Assembly: GCA_963816355.1 (NCBI GenBank)
Contig: CAWFKH010000001.1
Coordinates: 590,890 to 654,889, forward strand
Source: an uncultured Gemmatimonadales bacterium
GTDB taxonomy: Bacteria > Gemmatimonadota > Gemmatimonadetes > Longimicrobiales > RSA9
Reading direction: 5' to 3'
Length of the DNA: 64,000 bases
In this document: positions 23,431 through 33,998 of the stretch, one piece after another
Numbering within the stretch: position 1 is the stretch's first letter
Layout of the letters: every line of letters begins with the position of its first letter
Notes under the pieces: model-generated
What the model saw: the letters and a program-made list of their open reading frames with translations, nothing else
Databases searched by the model: none
Told to the model about the DNA's origin: nothing
Program-made: the position numbers and the translations under genes

Positions 23431-24432
23431 TCACCGAACGGCCTCCGCGGAGAGCACGACGTCCGCCGGGATGCCGGACTTGAGGTCGCCACCCGGGTCG
23501 CCCGTGATGGCGACCTTCACGGCGTAGACGAGCTTCACGCGCTCCTCCGTCGTCTGCACGTTCTTCGGCGTGAACTCCGCCTCGCTGGCGATGAAGGAGA
23601 CGCGGCCGGCGTAGCGCTTTCCGGGGAAGGCGTCGGCGGTGATCGTCGCCGGATCGCCGACGCTCACGCGCCCCACCACGTCCTCGCGCACGTAGATGCG
23701 GACCCAGCGGTCGTCCGGGTCCAGCACCGTCACCACCGGAAGGCCGGCGGCGACGACCTCCCCCGGCTCGCGGTGGCGGATCGTGACGACGCCGGCGAAG
23801 GGCGCGCGCACGACGGCGTTGGCGAGCGCCGCGTCGATCTGCCGCACCGCCGCGCGCGCCTGCTCGACTGCGGCGCGCGCGGCGTCGATGCGCTCGCGGC
23901 GGGGACCGGCGCGGACGAGTCGGAGCTGCTCCTCCGCCTGCGTCGCCTGCGCGCGCGCGACCCCGTACGCGGTGCTCGCCTTGTCGAGGGCCTCGCGGCT
24001 GACCGCGCCGCCTTCCTGCAGCGCGCGCGTGCGCTCGAGGTCGCGGCGCGCGTCATCGAGCCGATGTCCCGCGGCGGCGGCGAGCGAGCGCGCCTGCGCG
24101 ATCTCTTCCGGCCGCGAGCCGCGCTGCAGCTCGGCGAGCTGGGCCGTGGCCGCGCTGAGCTGCGCGACCGCGCCCGCGCGGCGGGCGGCCAGCTCGGCGG
24201 TGTCGAGCGCGGCCAGGACCTGGCCCGCTGCGACGGCGTCGCCCTCCTGCACCGCGAGGGTCGCGATGCGGCCCGGCGCCTGGAAGCCGAGGTCCGCCTC
24301 GCGCGCCTCCACGGTTCCGGACGCGCTCACGACGTCGGCGTCGCCGCCGCCGCGGAAGGACACGAGCGCGACCACGACGGCGGTCACCACGACGGCGACA
24401 CCGGCCACCAGCAGGGCCCGCGTGCGGTTCAT
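23431..24432 (-). CDS. HlyD/membrane fusion protein (YbhG-like)
   Basis: N-terminal TM anchor, ASGTVEA, AEFTPKNVQT..ER. Confidence 0.92.
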   Translation of the reverse strand: MNRTRALLVAGVAVVVTAVVVALVSFRGGGDADVVSASGTVEAREADLGFQAPGRIATLAVQEGDAVAAGQVLAALDTAELAARRAGAVAQLSAATAQLAELQRGSRPEEIAQARSLAAAAGHRLDDARRDLERTRALQEGGAVSREALDKASTAYGVARAQATQAEEQLRLVRAGPRRERIDAARAAVEQARAAVRQIDAALANAVVRAPFAGVVTIRHREPGEVVAAGLPVVTVLDPDDRWVRIYVREDVVGRVSVGDPATITADAFPGKRYAGRVSFIASEAEFTPKNVQTTEERVKLVYAVKVAITGDPGGDLKSGIPADVVLSAEAVR

Positions 24433-25811
24433 CGCTCCGACTCCAGCGTGTTCGTGAGCCATGCGGGCGTGAGGTCGCCGGTGATGCGCGCGACCGCGAC
24501 GCGCGCGCCCAGCGCCGCGGCGCGCGCCTGCGTCAGCGCCGCACGGGCGTCGAAGAGGTCCGCCTCCGCCGTCAGGTAGTCCGTCTGCGTGCCGGCGCCC
24601 CGATCGAGCGAGAGACGCTCGATCCGCACGACCTCCTCGGACTGGCGGACCGCCGCCTCGAGCGCGGCCGCGCGCGCGCTCGAAGCCTCCAGCTCCGTAA
24701 GCGCACCGTCGAGACGGCGCTCCACCTCCTGCTCCGCGACGTCGATCCGCGCCCGCGCACCGCGCGCTTCCGCCGCCGCGCGGTCCACGCCGCTCGCCCG
24801 CGCTCCGCCGGTGAAGAGCGGATAGGTGAGCTGTACGCCGCCCTGCCACTCTCCCGTGTAGGCGCCCGGTGCGCTGCCGTACTCGTTGTAGCGGCCGACC
24901 GCCTGCAGCCGCGGCAGCCACGCCGCCCGCGCCACCGCGCGCGCCGCGCCCGCCGCCGCCTGCTCCCGCCGCGCCCGCGCCAGCTCCGGGTTCGCCTCCC
25001 GCGCCCGCGCCAGCAGCGCCTCCCGCGGCGGCGGCGCTCCGTCGCCGCCGCCGCCGCCCGGTGCACCGAGCGGGGCGAGAGGACGCCCGGCGAGCGCCGC
25101 GGCGCTCGCTCCCATCAGCCGCGCCATCTCGCGCTCCGCGGCCTTCACCTCCGCACCCGCGCCGGCGCTGTCCGCTCGGGCGCGCGCCAGCGCCGCCCGT
25201 GCCCGCAGCACCGCCACCTCCGCCGCCCGTCCCTCGCGCAGCATCCGCCGCGACCGCTCCAGCTCACCGTCCAGCGCCCGCACCCGCGCCGCCGCCGCGA
25301 ACGCCACGTCGCGCGCGGAGCCGACGCGCAGATACGCCCGCGACACCTCCAGCAACACGTCGGCCCGCGTCGCGGCCTCGCCGAGCGACGCCGCCGACGC
25401 CAGCGCCCGCGCGCTGCGCAGCCTGCCCCGCCGCGCGCCGCCGTCGAACACCGTCCACGTCACCGAGAGCGCGCCCTGCACCAGCGTCCGCTCGAACGAT
25501 GGCGGCTGCGTCGGATCGAAGCCGTGCAGCGGCGCCACCACCATCGGCTCCTGAAATCGCGTCAGGCCGCCGTCCAGCGACAGCGCCGGGAAGAACGACG
25601 CCCGCCTGCCGCCCACGTCCGCCGCCGCCGCGTCCGATGCGGCCCGCGACGCCGCCAGCTCCGGACTCGTCGCCAGCGCCGCCGCCGCCGCCGCCGACAG
25701 CGTGAGCGGAGCCGCCGCCGGCTCCTGCGCCCCTGCGCCTGCCGCCGCGACGAACCCCAATAGCGGCACGACGAGCCGCATTCCTCGCCGCAGCGCTGCA
25801 ACCCCTCTCAT
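24429..25811 (-). CDS. TolC family outer membrane efflux protein
   Basis: Signal peptide, two OEP repeats (FFPALSL..VFDGG; WLPRL..PLFTGG). Confidence 0.9.
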   Translation of the reverse strand: MRGVAALRRGMRLVVPLLGFVAAAGAGAQEPAAAPLTLSAAAAAALATSPELAASRAASDAAAADVGGRRASFFPALSLDGGLTRFQEPMVVAPLHGFDPTQPPSFERTLVQGALSVTWTVFDGGARRGRLRSARALASAASLGEAATRADVLLEVSRAYLRVGSARDVAFAAAARVRALDGELERSRRMLREGRAAEVAVLRARAALARARADSAGAGAEVKAAEREMARLMGASAAALAGRPLAPLGAPGGGGGDGAPPPREALLARAREANPELARARREQAAAGAARAVARAAWLPRLQAVGRYNEYGSAPGAYTGEWQGGVQLTYPLFTGGARASGVDRAAAEARGARARIDVAEQEVERRLDGALTELEASSARAAALEAAVRQSEEVVRIERLSLDRGAGTQTDYLTAEADLFDARAALTQARAAALGARVAVARITGDLTPAWLTNTLESER

Positions 25812-26467
25812 GCCTCCCCTCCTTCCACGGCCGCCACACCCCGCCGCACGAACGCCACCGCGTGATCCACCATCGGCTGCCGCGCCGCCGGCTCCGTCAC
25901 GTCCAGCCCCGCCACGGCCCGCACCATCCGCCGCAGCAGCGTCATGTGCAGCGGCTGCGACACCAGACTGACCGCGAACAGCGTCGGGTCGCCCGCCCGG
26001 ATCGCACCCTCCTCCTGACCCGTCTCGATCACCCCCCGCAACGCCGCCAGCATCCCACGCACCGCCGCCACCGCCTCCGCCGGAGGATCCCGACCCACCG
26101 CCATCTCCTGCAGGATCAACTGCGGCAGCTCCGGCATCTCCGCCAGCGCCGCGAAGAACGCCCGCACCACCGCCTCCACGCGGTCGAGCGCCCCGGCGCC
26201 CGGCACCCCCGCCGCCGCCGTCACCCGCGCCACGAGCGGCGCCGCCGACTCCGACACCACCGCGCCGTACAGCGCCCGCTTCGACCCGAAGTGGTACGTG
26301 ATCGAACCCAGGTTCGCGCTCGCCGCCCGCGTGATCGCCCGCACCGACGCGCCGTCGTAGCCGCGCTCAGCGAACAACCGTCGCCCGGCGCGGATCAGCG
26401 CCTGCCGCGTTGCCGGCGCGAGCTCGGCCGCGGGGCGTGTGTACGGATCGGAGGTGGGCTGGCTCAT
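25808..26467 (-). CDS. TetR family regulator (CecR/YbiH-like)
   Basis: LFAERGYDGASVRAIT..ANLGSITYHFGSK HTH; first gene of the efflux operon. Confidence 0.92.
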   Translation of the reverse strand: MSQPTSDPYTRPAAELAPATRQALIRAGRRLFAERGYDGASVRAITRAASANLGSITYHFGSKRALYGAVVSESAAPLVARVTAAAGVPGAGALDRVEAVVRAFFAALAEMPELPQLILQEMAVGRDPPAEAVAAVRGMLAALRGVIETGQEEGAIRAGDPTLFAVSLVSQPLHMTLLRRMVRAVAGLDVTEPAARQPMVDHAVAFVRRGVAAVEGGEA

Positions 26468-26505
26468 ACGAACGTATGAATAACGCGCCCAACGACGACG
26501 TGCAA
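26464..26505 (-). promoter_or_regulatory. TetR operator palindrome TCATACG-AA-CGTATGA (26464-26479) with candidate promoter TTGCAC-N17-TATTCA
   Basis: Perfect 7-bp inverted repeat overlapping the ATG and the -10 box. Confidence 0.7.
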
Positions 26506-26621
26506 GAGGGCTCCACGCGACGCGAGCCGCGGCCCCGCAGTCCCCGCGGCCCCGCGCGGGCGTCCACGGGCACGCGAACGAGGGGCGCGCGCGGCGGCGG
26601 GCCTGGCCGGCCGGGCGGCCG

Positions 26622-27545
26622 TCAGCTCTGCGGCAGCTCCGGCGGATGACGCTCGAGGCGCGTGTCCTGCCAGGAGGCGGGGTCCTCGATCGGCTCGAGG
26701 TGGGTGAAAACGGTGGTGTTGGGGACGGCGGCGCGGATGCGCTCCTCGATGTGTTCGAGCAGGTCGTGGCCACGCTGGACGGACCAGTCGCCGGGGACGA
26801 GGATGTGGAAGGACACGAAGCGGCGGGCGCCGGCCTGGCGGGTGCGGAGTGCGTGGTAGCGGACGCCGGCGGGCGTGGCGGTGTCGATGATGGCGACGAT
26901 GGTGGAGCGGGTGGGCTCGGGGAGGGCGGTGTCGAGGAGTCCGAGGGCGGAGCGGCGGAGGAGCCGCACGCCGATGACGATGATGTTGACGGTGACGCCG
27001 AGGCCGACGATCGGGTCGAGGCGGTGCCAGCCGGTGAGGGCGGCGAGGCCGACGCCGACGACGACGCCGACGGAGGTCCAGACGTCGGTGATGAGGTGGT
27101 GGGCGTCGGCCTCGAGGGTGATCGACTCGTAGCGGCGGCCGGCCTGGAAGAGGAGTCGTGCGACGCCGAAGTTGATGAGGGAGGCGATGGCGGCGATGGT
27201 GATGCCGATGCCGGCGTCGGGAATGGGGCGCGGGTGGAGAAGGCGCTGAGCGGAGGCGACGGCCATGCTGATGGCGGCGACGAGGATGAGGGCGCCTTCG
27301 AAGCCGCTGGAGAAGTACTCGGCCTTGCCGTGGCCGTAGGCGTGCTCCTCGTCGGCGGGGCGGGCGGCGACGGAGAGCGCGACGAGGGCCATGATGGCGG
27401 CGGCGAGGTTGACGATCGACTCGAGGGCGTCGGAGAGGAGGCCGACGGACCCGGTGAGCAGGTAGGCGCCGCTCTTGAGGCCGATCGTGACGATCGCCGC
27501 GATGATGGAGACGACGGCGTAGCGTTTCAGCCCGGGTCGCTGCAA
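26622..27545 (-). CDS. Cation diffusion facilitator transporter
   Basis: [35 protein letters not shown]. Confidence 0.93.
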   Translation of the reverse strand: MQRPGLKRYAVVSIIAAIVTIGLKSGAYLLTGSVGLLSDALESIVNLAAAIMALVALSVAARPADEEHAYGHGKAEYFSSGFEGALILVAAISMAVASAQRLLHPRPIPDAGIGITIAAIASLINFGVARLLFQAGRRYESITLEADAHHLITDVWTSVGVVVGVGLAALTGWHRLDPIVGLGVTVNIIVIGVRLLRRSALGLLDTALPEPTRSTIVAIIDTATPAGVRYHALRTRQAGARRFVSFHILVPGDWSVQRGHDLLEHIEERIRAAVPNTTVFTHLEPIEDPASWQDTRLERHPPELPQS

Positions 27546-27688
27546 GGCCTCCTCCTGTCGCGCGGCGCGAACGGGAGGGCAACTTGCCGGATCGAGCGCC
27601 GCGGCGAAAGGACTTGTGCTTCCGGGGTTTCGGGTGCAGGAATTAGAGGGCCTACGTCGCTTCCCTCGAGGACCGATGGAGGGGCAGG

Positions 27689-28006
27689 ATGATCATTCGA
27701 ACGTGGCGCGGGCGAGCCGACCTCGCCGAGGCGGATAGCTACCTGGAGACGTTGCGGGAGACGAAGCTGCAGAGCTACGTGAGCGCGGAAGGCAATCTGG
27801 GCGTGTACGTGCTGCGGCGTCGCTCCGGCGGCACGGCGGAGTTCCTGATCCTGTCGATATGGGAGTCGACGGAGGCGGTGCGCAATTACGCGGGTTCCGA
27901 AGTGGACCACGCGCTTTCGCCCGCGGCGACCGATTCCTTCTTCGATTTCGACTCGGACGTGAAGTACTACGAGGTGCTCGTGGCGCCGGAGCACGTAGGC
28001 GCTTGA
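27689..28006 (+). CDS. Antibiotic biosynthesis monooxygenase (ABM)-like protein
   Basis: [26 protein letters not shown] pattern; GGAGG RBS. Confidence 0.75.
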   Translation: MIIRTWRGRADLAEADSYLETLRETKLQSYVSAEGNLGVYVLRRRSGGTAEFLILSIWESTEAVRNYAGSEVDHALSPAATDSFFDFDSDVKYYEVLVAPEHVGA

Positions 28007-29238
28007 AGCCCCGCGGGCGGGGCCCGCGGACGCGATCGCGGAACGGCGAAGGGGCGGACGACCTCTTCGCCGTTTGCGCGCCCGGGTTCGAGGCGCTGCT
28101 GGCGGCGGAGCTGCGGGCGCTGGGCGTCGCCGGCGTGGCGGAGCGGGGCGGCGTCGCGTTCCGCGGCGGTTCTCGCGAGCTCTACGACGTCTCGCTCGGC
28201 GCGCGCACGGCGAGCCGCGTGCTGCTCCGCCTCGCGACGTTCCGGGCGACGGCGTTCTGGGAGATGGAGAAGGCCGCCCGGCGCGTGGCGTGGGGAAGGG
28301 TCGCGTCGGAAGGGACGCCGGTGCGCTTCCGCGTGACGTCGCACCGCTCGCGGCTCTACCACGAAGGTGCGGCCGCCGAGCGCCTGGCGCGGGAGGCGGC
28401 GCGCGCGGTGGGAGCGGTGCCGGAGCCGGCGGAGCGCGAGCCGGGGGCGACGGAGCGCGAGCGCGAGCCGGCGGAGCGCGCTGCGGAGCCGGCGTCGCAG
28501 GGCTTCGTCGTTCGCATCGAGCGCGACGTGCTCACGGTGAGCGCCGACGCATCCGGCGCGCTGCTGCACCGGCGCGGCTACCGCGAGGCGGTGGCGAAGG
28601 CGCCGCTGCGGGAGACGCTGGCGGCGGCGATGGTGCTCGCCTGCGGCTGGGACGGCGCGGTCCCGCTGCTCGACCCCTTCTGCGGCTCCGGCACGATCGC
28701 GATCGAGGCGGCGCTCATCGCGCGCCGCATCCCGCCCGGCCTCGCCGCCGCGGACCGCGCGCCGCGCGCGTTCGCGTTCCAGCGCTGGCCCGGCTTCGAC
28801 GGCGCGGCGTGGGCGGCGGCGCTCGAAGCGGCCCGCTGCCGGATCCTGACGACGGCGCCGGCCGAGATCCTCGCCTCGGACCGCGACGCCGGCGCGATCG
28901 AGGCCGCGCGCGCGAACGCGGCGCGGGCGGGCGTGGAAGGCGACGTCGTCTTCGACACGCGCGCGCTGTCGGCGGTCGAGCCGCCGGCGGGGCCGGGGCT
29001 GCTGCTGACGAATCCGCCGTACGGCGCCCGGGTGGGAGAGGTCGACGCGCTGAGGGACCTCTACGCTGCGCTGGGTGGGCTGGCGCGGCGCCGGCTGAGC
29101 GGCTGGACGCTCGCGCTGCTCTCGGCGGAGCGGCGGCTGGAGGGGCAGGTCGGCCTCGCGTTCGAGGAGCGCATGCGCACGCGCAACGGAGGCATCCCGG
29201 TCCGCCTCGTCCGCGCCGTCGTGGGGGACGCCGTCTGA
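28003..29238 (+). CDS. THUMP-domain RNA m2G methyltransferase (RlmL/YpsC-like)
   Basis: LHRRGYR..APLRETLAAA, DPFCGSGTIAIEAA, TNPPYG; TTG start overlaps upstream TGA. Confidence 0.88.
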   Translation: MKPRGRGPRTRSRNGEGADDLFAVCAPGFEALLAAELRALGVAGVAERGGVAFRGGSRELYDVSLGARTASRVLLRLATFRATAFWEMEKAARRVAWGRVASEGTPVRFRVTSHRSRLYHEGAAAERLAREAARAVGAVPEPAEREPGATEREREPAERAAEPASQGFVVRIERDVLTVSADASGALLHRRGYREAVAKAPLRETLAAAMVLACGWDGAVPLLDPFCGSGTIAIEAALIARRIPPGLAAADRAPRAFAFQRWPGFDGAAWAAALEAARCRILTTAPAEILASDRDAGAIEAARANAARAGVEGDVVFDTRALSAVEPPAGPGLLLTNPPYGARVGEVDALRDLYAALGGLARRRLSGWTLALLSAERRLEGQVGLAFEERMRTRNGGIPVRLVRAVVGDAV

Positions 29239-29252
29239 GTGCGGGAGGCCTC

Positions 29253-30296
29253 TCAGTACCCCTCGCCTTCCGCGCTCACCTTCCCGGCGAAGCGGCGGTA
29301 CAGGTAGACGAAGTAGCCGCTGGCGAGGAGCATGCCGGGGATCCACCACATGAGGCCGATGCGCAGCCCGGCGGCGGGCGCGGCGACGGCGTGGGCGGTG
29401 AGGCCGCGAGCGAGGTCGCCGTTGGAGGGCAGAACGTAAGGGTAGAGGCCGGCGGCGGCGCTGGCGAGCATGCCGACGAGGTAGGTGGCGCAGGCGAGGA
29501 ACGCGGCGCGCGGCCGGTCGCGGGCGACGCCCCACGCCACGACGGCGAGGCCGGCGACGGCGAGCGCGGGCAGGAGGAAGTAGGCGGGCGAGGCGAGCAT
29601 GTGCCGGGACACGAGCGGCTGCACCCACCAGGTCACGGCGGTGACGGCGACGACGAGCGCGAGGGTGAGCGGCCACGCGACGCGCGCGGCGCGGCGGGCG
29701 CGATCGGCGACGTCGCCAGTGGTCCTGAGCCACACCCAGAGCGCGCCGTGGAGGGCGAGCGAGACGAGGGCGGCGGCGCCGACGATGAGCGTGTACCAGT
29801 CGAGGACGCCGGTGTCGCCGCCGGTACGGAAGTGGGTCCAGAGCGGCTCGAAGAACCAGCCGTCGGCGTCGAGCGGGACGCCGCGCACGACGTTGCCGAG
29901 GGCCACGCCGAAGAAGAGCGCGAGGAGCCCGCTGGCGAAGGCGAAGACGACGTCCCAGAAGGGCGCCCAGACGGGGCCCTGCACGTGGCTGCGGAACTCG
30001 ATGGCGATGCCGCGCAGCACGAGGAGCCAGAGCACCATCATGAGCGGCAGGTAGAAGCCGCTGAAGCTGGAGGCGTAGAGGGCGGGGAAGGCGAAGTAGA
30101 GGGTGCCGCCGGCGGCGAGGATCCACACCTCGTTGCCGTCCCAGAAGGGGCCGATGCTGCGGAGCACCGTGCGCCGCTCGGCGTCGGTGCGGGCGAGCAG
30201 CAGGTGGAGCATGCCGGCGCCCAGGTCGAAGCCGTCCAGGACGACGTAGCCGCAGATCATGATGGCGACGAGCCAGAACCACAGGGTCTCGAGCAT
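29253..30296 (-). CDS. cydB: Cytochrome bd ubiquinol oxidase subunit II
   Basis: YVVLDGFDLGAG, IGPFWDGNEVW, RGIAIEFR. Confidence 0.96.
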   Translation of the reverse strand: MLETLWFWLVAIMICGYVVLDGFDLGAGMLHLLLARTDAERRTVLRSIGPFWDGNEVWILAAGGTLYFAFPALYASSFSGFYLPLMMVLWLLVLRGIAIEFRSHVQGPVWAPFWDVVFAFASGLLALFFGVALGNVVRGVPLDADGWFFEPLWTHFRTGGDTGVLDWYTLIVGAAALVSLALHGALWVWLRTTGDVADRARRAARVAWPLTLALVVAVTAVTWWVQPLVSRHMLASPAYFLLPALAVAGLAVVAWGVARDRPRAAFLACATYLVGMLASAAAGLYPYVLPSNGDLARGLTAHAVAAPAAGLRIGLMWWIPGMLLASGYFVYLYRRFAGKVSAEGEGY

Positions 30297-30308
30297 GATC
30301 GCCTCCCC

Positions 30309-31655
30309 TCAGGCGGCGGCGGGGGCAAGCGAGTCCGGCCCCTCCGGTCCGTGCTGGATCTCGCGCACGACGAGGAAGAGGAAGAGGATGCCGAGCACCA
30401 TGTAGAGGCCCATGAAGCCGAGGAGGGTGAAGGTCGCGTTGCCGGAGGAGACGGTGGTCGAGATGCCGGCGCGCGTGCGCATGACGCCGTAGAGGAGCCA
30501 CGGCTGCCGTCCCACTTCGGCGGTGATCCACCCCGCCGTGTTGGCGATGTAGGGGAACGGCAGGCAGAGCATCAGCAGCCACAGCGCGGGGCGCGAATCG
30601 AAGAGCGTGCCGCGCCAGAGCATGAAGGCGCAGAGCGCGAGGACGGCGATGAAGATCGTGCCGAGGCCCACCATGATGTGGTAGGCGAAGTAGAGCAGCG
30701 GCACGTTGTCGGGCCACTCCGATCTGGGGAAGTCGTCGAGCCCGCGCACGCGCGCTTCCCAGCGGCGGTAGGTGAGGAAACTGAGCGCGCGCGGGACGGC
30801 GAGGCGGTTGTCGAGCTCGAGCCGCTGCATGTCGGGCTGCCCGAGGATGACGAGCGGCGCACCGCTCTCACTGTGGAAGACGCCCTCCATCGCGGCGAGC
30901 GTCGCCGGCTGGTGCTGGGCGACCATGCGGCCGTGGCGGTCGCCCAGCGGGTAGAGCTGCACGACGCTCGCGATCACGCCGACGACGACGCCGAGGCGCA
31001 CGAAGGTGCGGCCGTGGCTCTCGTGCCGGCCGGTGAGCAGGTAGAAGGCGCCGATGCCGGCGACCACGAAGCTGCCGGTGATCACGGCGCCCACCATGTT
31101 GTGCAGGTACTGCCAGATCAGCCAGTCGTTGCCGAAGAAGGCGCCGAGGCTGGAGATCGCGAGGTCGCCGCGCGGCCCCACGACGTAGCCGGTGGGGTGC
31201 TGCATGAAGGCGTCGGTCGCGATGATGAACCAGCCGGAGAGCCACGAGCCGACGAAGACGAGGAGCGACGTCGCCCAGTGCGCGCGTCGGCTCAGCCGCT
31301 TCTCGCCGAAGAGGAAGAGGCCGAGGAAGCTCGATTCCAGGAAGAAGGCGAAGACGCCCTCCATCGCGAGCGGCTGACCGATCACGCCGCCCGCCGCGCG
31401 CGAGAAGGTGGCCCAGTTCGTCCCGAACTGGAACTCCATCGGGATTCCGGTCACCACGCCGACCGCGAAGTTGATCGCGAAGATGCGGGCCCAGAAGCGG
31501 GCCGCGCGGTCGAGGTGCTCGCTGCCGCGCCGCCACGCCGCCGTCTTCAGGATGAAGAGCAGCAGCGCCAGCCCCATCGTGAGCTGCGGGAACAGGTAGT
31601 GATAGGTGACGGTGAACGCGAAGAGCAGGCGGTCGACGGTTACCGGGTCGGACAT
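30309..31655 (-). CDS. cydA: Cytochrome bd ubiquinol oxidase subunit I (short Q-loop)
   Basis: HYLFP, GVVTGIPMEFQFGTNW, AMEG, AEVGRQPW. Confidence 0.97.
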   Translation of the reverse strand: MSDPVTVDRLLFAFTVTYHYLFPQLTMGLALLLFILKTAAWRRGSEHLDRAARFWARIFAINFAVGVVTGIPMEFQFGTNWATFSRAAGGVIGQPLAMEGVFAFFLESSFLGLFLFGEKRLSRRAHWATSLLVFVGSWLSGWFIIATDAFMQHPTGYVVGPRGDLAISSLGAFFGNDWLIWQYLHNMVGAVITGSFVVAGIGAFYLLTGRHESHGRTFVRLGVVVGVIASVVQLYPLGDRHGRMVAQHQPATLAAMEGVFHSESGAPLVILGQPDMQRLELDNRLAVPRALSFLTYRRWEARVRGLDDFPRSEWPDNVPLLYFAYHIMVGLGTIFIAVLALCAFMLWRGTLFDSRPALWLLMLCLPFPYIANTAGWITAEVGRQPWLLYGVMRTRAGISTTVSSGNATFTLLGFMGLYMVLGILFLFLVVREIQHGPEGPDSLAPAAA

Positions 31656-31688
31656 GCTCGCTCCGGGGTCGGGTTCGGGATCGGCCGG

Positions 31689-32141
31689 TCAGCGGTGCGA
31701 AAGGTGGACGCCGCGGCGAGCGCCCCACGCGCCGCCCAACTCGAGCAGGCGCGCCTCGCCGAGCATCCCTTCCACCAGCTCGAAGGCGACCTCCTCCTCC
31801 TTCAGGAAGTGCAGCCGCGCGACGTCGATCACGTCCACGAGCAGCTCGCGCGCATCGCGAATGTCGCGTGTCGAGGCGAGCGCGTCCAGCAGTCTGGCGA
31901 TCTCCTCGTGCTCGCCGCGCATCGCGCGCAGCGCGGGCAGCTCCGCCTCCGCGGCGGCGTCGGCGGCGTCGAAGAGGAGCCGATCCTCGAGCTCGGCGTG
32001 ACGCCGGAGGGCGGCGCCGAGCATCGCGGCGGCCGCGCGCAGGGCGGGCAGGTCGTCGCCCACGGCGAGGCGCGCCTCGAGGTGATCGAGCTGCGCGTTG
32101 AGCGCGCCGTGCTCGCCGCGGAACGCGTCGGTGATCCTCAT
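31689..32141 (-). CDS. Hemerythrin-like (HHE) domain protein
   Basis: EH...HAELED...EH...HFLKEE His/Glu di-iron pattern. Confidence 0.85.
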   Translation of the reverse strand: MRITDAFRGEHGALNAQLDHLEARLAVGDDLPALRAAAAMLGAALRRHAELEDRLLFDAADAAAEAELPALRAMRGEHEEIARLLDALASTRDIRDARELLVDVIDVARLHFLKEEEVAFELVEGMLGEARLLELGGAWGARRGVHLSHR

Positions 32142-32148
32142 GGCGACC

Positions 32149-33174
32149 TCACGGCACCACGACGGCGCGCACCGGGTCGCCGGCGCGCAGCGCGTCGAAG
32201 GCGGCGTTGATGTCGTCGAGCGGGAAGCGGTGCGTCACCAGCTCCGCGACGCGGATCCGCCCCTGCCTCGCCAGCTCGACGACGCGCGGGTAGTCGACGG
32301 GTCGGCAGCCGAGCGAGCCGACCACCTCGAGCTCCCGGAACATGACGCGCCCCGCGTTGAGCGGCAGCGTCTCCGGGCTGTAGCCGACGAGCACGAGCCG
32401 GCCGCCGGTGCGCAGGCAGGAGAGCGCCTGCTCCTGCGTCGCCGCGCGACCCACCGCCTCGAAGGCGATGTCGGCGCCGCCGCCACCGGTGAGGCGCCGG
32501 ACCTCGCGGTCGAGGCGCGACACCGCGCCGGCGTCGATCGTCGCTTCGGCACCGAGCCGCGCGGCCCACTCCAGCTTCGCCGGGGAGAGGTCGACGGCGA
32601 TGACGCGGCCGCCGAGCGCCGCCGCGAGCTGCACCACGTTCAGCCCGATGCCGCCGCAGCCGATGACGACGACGCGGTCGCCCGGCTGCATCGCCGCGCG
32701 CCGCACCACCGCGTGGTACGGCGTGGTCAGCGCGTCGGCGATGATCGACCCTTCGACGAGCGGAATCTCCTCCGGCAGCGGGACGGCGTGGCGGGCCTCG
32801 ACGCGGATGAACTCCGCGTAGCCGCCGTCGACGTGGTTGCCGAGCATGACGCCGTTCTCGCAGATGTTCTCGCGGCCGGTGCGGCAGGCGGCGCAGCGTC
32901 CGCACGGCAGGACGGCCGGCAGGAGGACGCGGTCGCCGGGGGCGAGGTCCGTGACGCCCTCGCCGAGCTCGGCGACCGTGCCGGAGACCTCGTGTCCGAG
33001 GATCATCGGCGGCGCTTTGAAGGTGGGCGTGCCGTGGTCGACGTAGTGCAGGTCCGTGTGGCACACGCCGCACGCCGCCACCCGCACCACCACCTCGCCC
33101 GGGCCGGGCTCCGGCGTGGGCGCTTCCTCCAGCACGAGCGGCCGGTCGGGGCCGAGGAAGAGGGCGGCCTTCAT
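32149..33174 (-). CDS. had: Zn-dependent dehydrogenase, probable 6-hydroxycyclohex-1-ene-1-carbonyl-CoA dehydrogenase
   Basis: [38 protein letters not shown]; context in bcr operon. Confidence 0.8.
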   Translation of the reverse strand: MKAALFLGPDRPLVLEEAPTPEPGPGEVVVRVAACGVCHTDLHYVDHGTPTFKAPPMILGHEVSGTVAELGEGVTDLAPGDRVLLPAVLPCGRCAACRTGRENICENGVMLGNHVDGGYAEFIRVEARHAVPLPEEIPLVEGSIIADALTTPYHAVVRRAAMQPGDRVVVIGCGGIGLNVVQLAAALGGRVIAVDLSPAKLEWAARLGAEATIDAGAVSRLDREVRRLTGGGGADIAFEAVGRAATQEQALSCLRTGGRLVLVGYSPETLPLNAGRVMFRELEVVGSLGCRPVDYPRVVELARQGRIRVAELVTHRFPLDDINAAFDALRAGDPVRAVVVP

Positions 33175-33998
33175 CGCATCACCTCGAGCTTTGCCAGGCG
33201 GCGGGCGGCGAGCACCGCGGCGCCGATCGAGCCGGTGAACTGGACCATCTCGCCCGGCGGCACGTTCACGCCCTCGCCCAGGTGCTCGCCCATCACGCGG
33301 ACCATGGTCGGGAATCGCATGATGCCGCCCACGAGCGTGAACTCCGGCTCCATCTGCACGCGCTTCATGAGTTGCACCGAGCGCGTCACCAGGGAGCGCA
33401 TCGCGCCGTGCATGATGTCGCCGGGGGCGCACCCCTCGCTGACGTGGTTGATCACCTCCGACTCTGCGAAGACGGCGCACACGCCGGAGATCGCGACCGC
33501 CTCCGTCGACGCGTCGACCAGCGGACCGATCTCCTCGATCCGGTATCCGAGGTAGCGGGCGGTCTTCTCGAGGAAGGCGCCGGTGCCGGCCGCGCACTTG
33601 TCGTTGAGGCGGAAGGAGCGGACCTTGCCGCGGTCGTCGAGGCGGATCGCCTTCATCGTCTGGCCGCCCACGTCCAGCACGGTGCGCGTGCGCGGGTGGA
33701 AGAAGCGCGCGCCCCATGCCTGCGCCGTCAGGTCCGTCACCTGCACGTCGCGGAAGGAGACCTGGTAGCGGCCGTAGCCGGTGCTCGCGACGTAGCCGAT
33801 CGCCTCGCGCGCCACGCCCGCCGCCTGCAGCGCCGCATCGAGCGTGCTCCGCGCCGCTTCCTCGAGACGGAATCCGGTGGGCATCAGGGCGGTGCCGAGC
33901 AGCGTGCCGTCCGCGATCACCGCCGCCTTCGTGTAGGTCGAGCCCAGGTCGATCCCCGCCGTGATGCGGCCTCCGCCGACGCCGATCGCCGTCGTCAT
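33171..33998 (-). CDS. bcrD: Benzoyl-CoA reductase ATP-binding (activase) subunit D-like
   Basis: [42 protein letters not shown]. Confidence 0.8.
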   Translation of the reverse strand: MTTAIGVGGGRITAGIDLGSTYTKAAVIADGTLLGTALMPTGFRLEEAARSTLDAALQAAGVAREAIGYVASTGYGRYQVSFRDVQVTDLTAQAWGARFFHPRTRTVLDVGGQTMKAIRLDDRGKVRSFRLNDKCAAGTGAFLEKTARYLGYRIEEIGPLVDASTEAVAISGVCAVFAESEVINHVSEGCAPGDIMHGAMRSLVTRSVQLMKRVQMEPEFTLVGGIMRFPTMVRVMGEHLGEGVNVPPGEMVQFTGSIGAAVLAARRLAKLEVMR

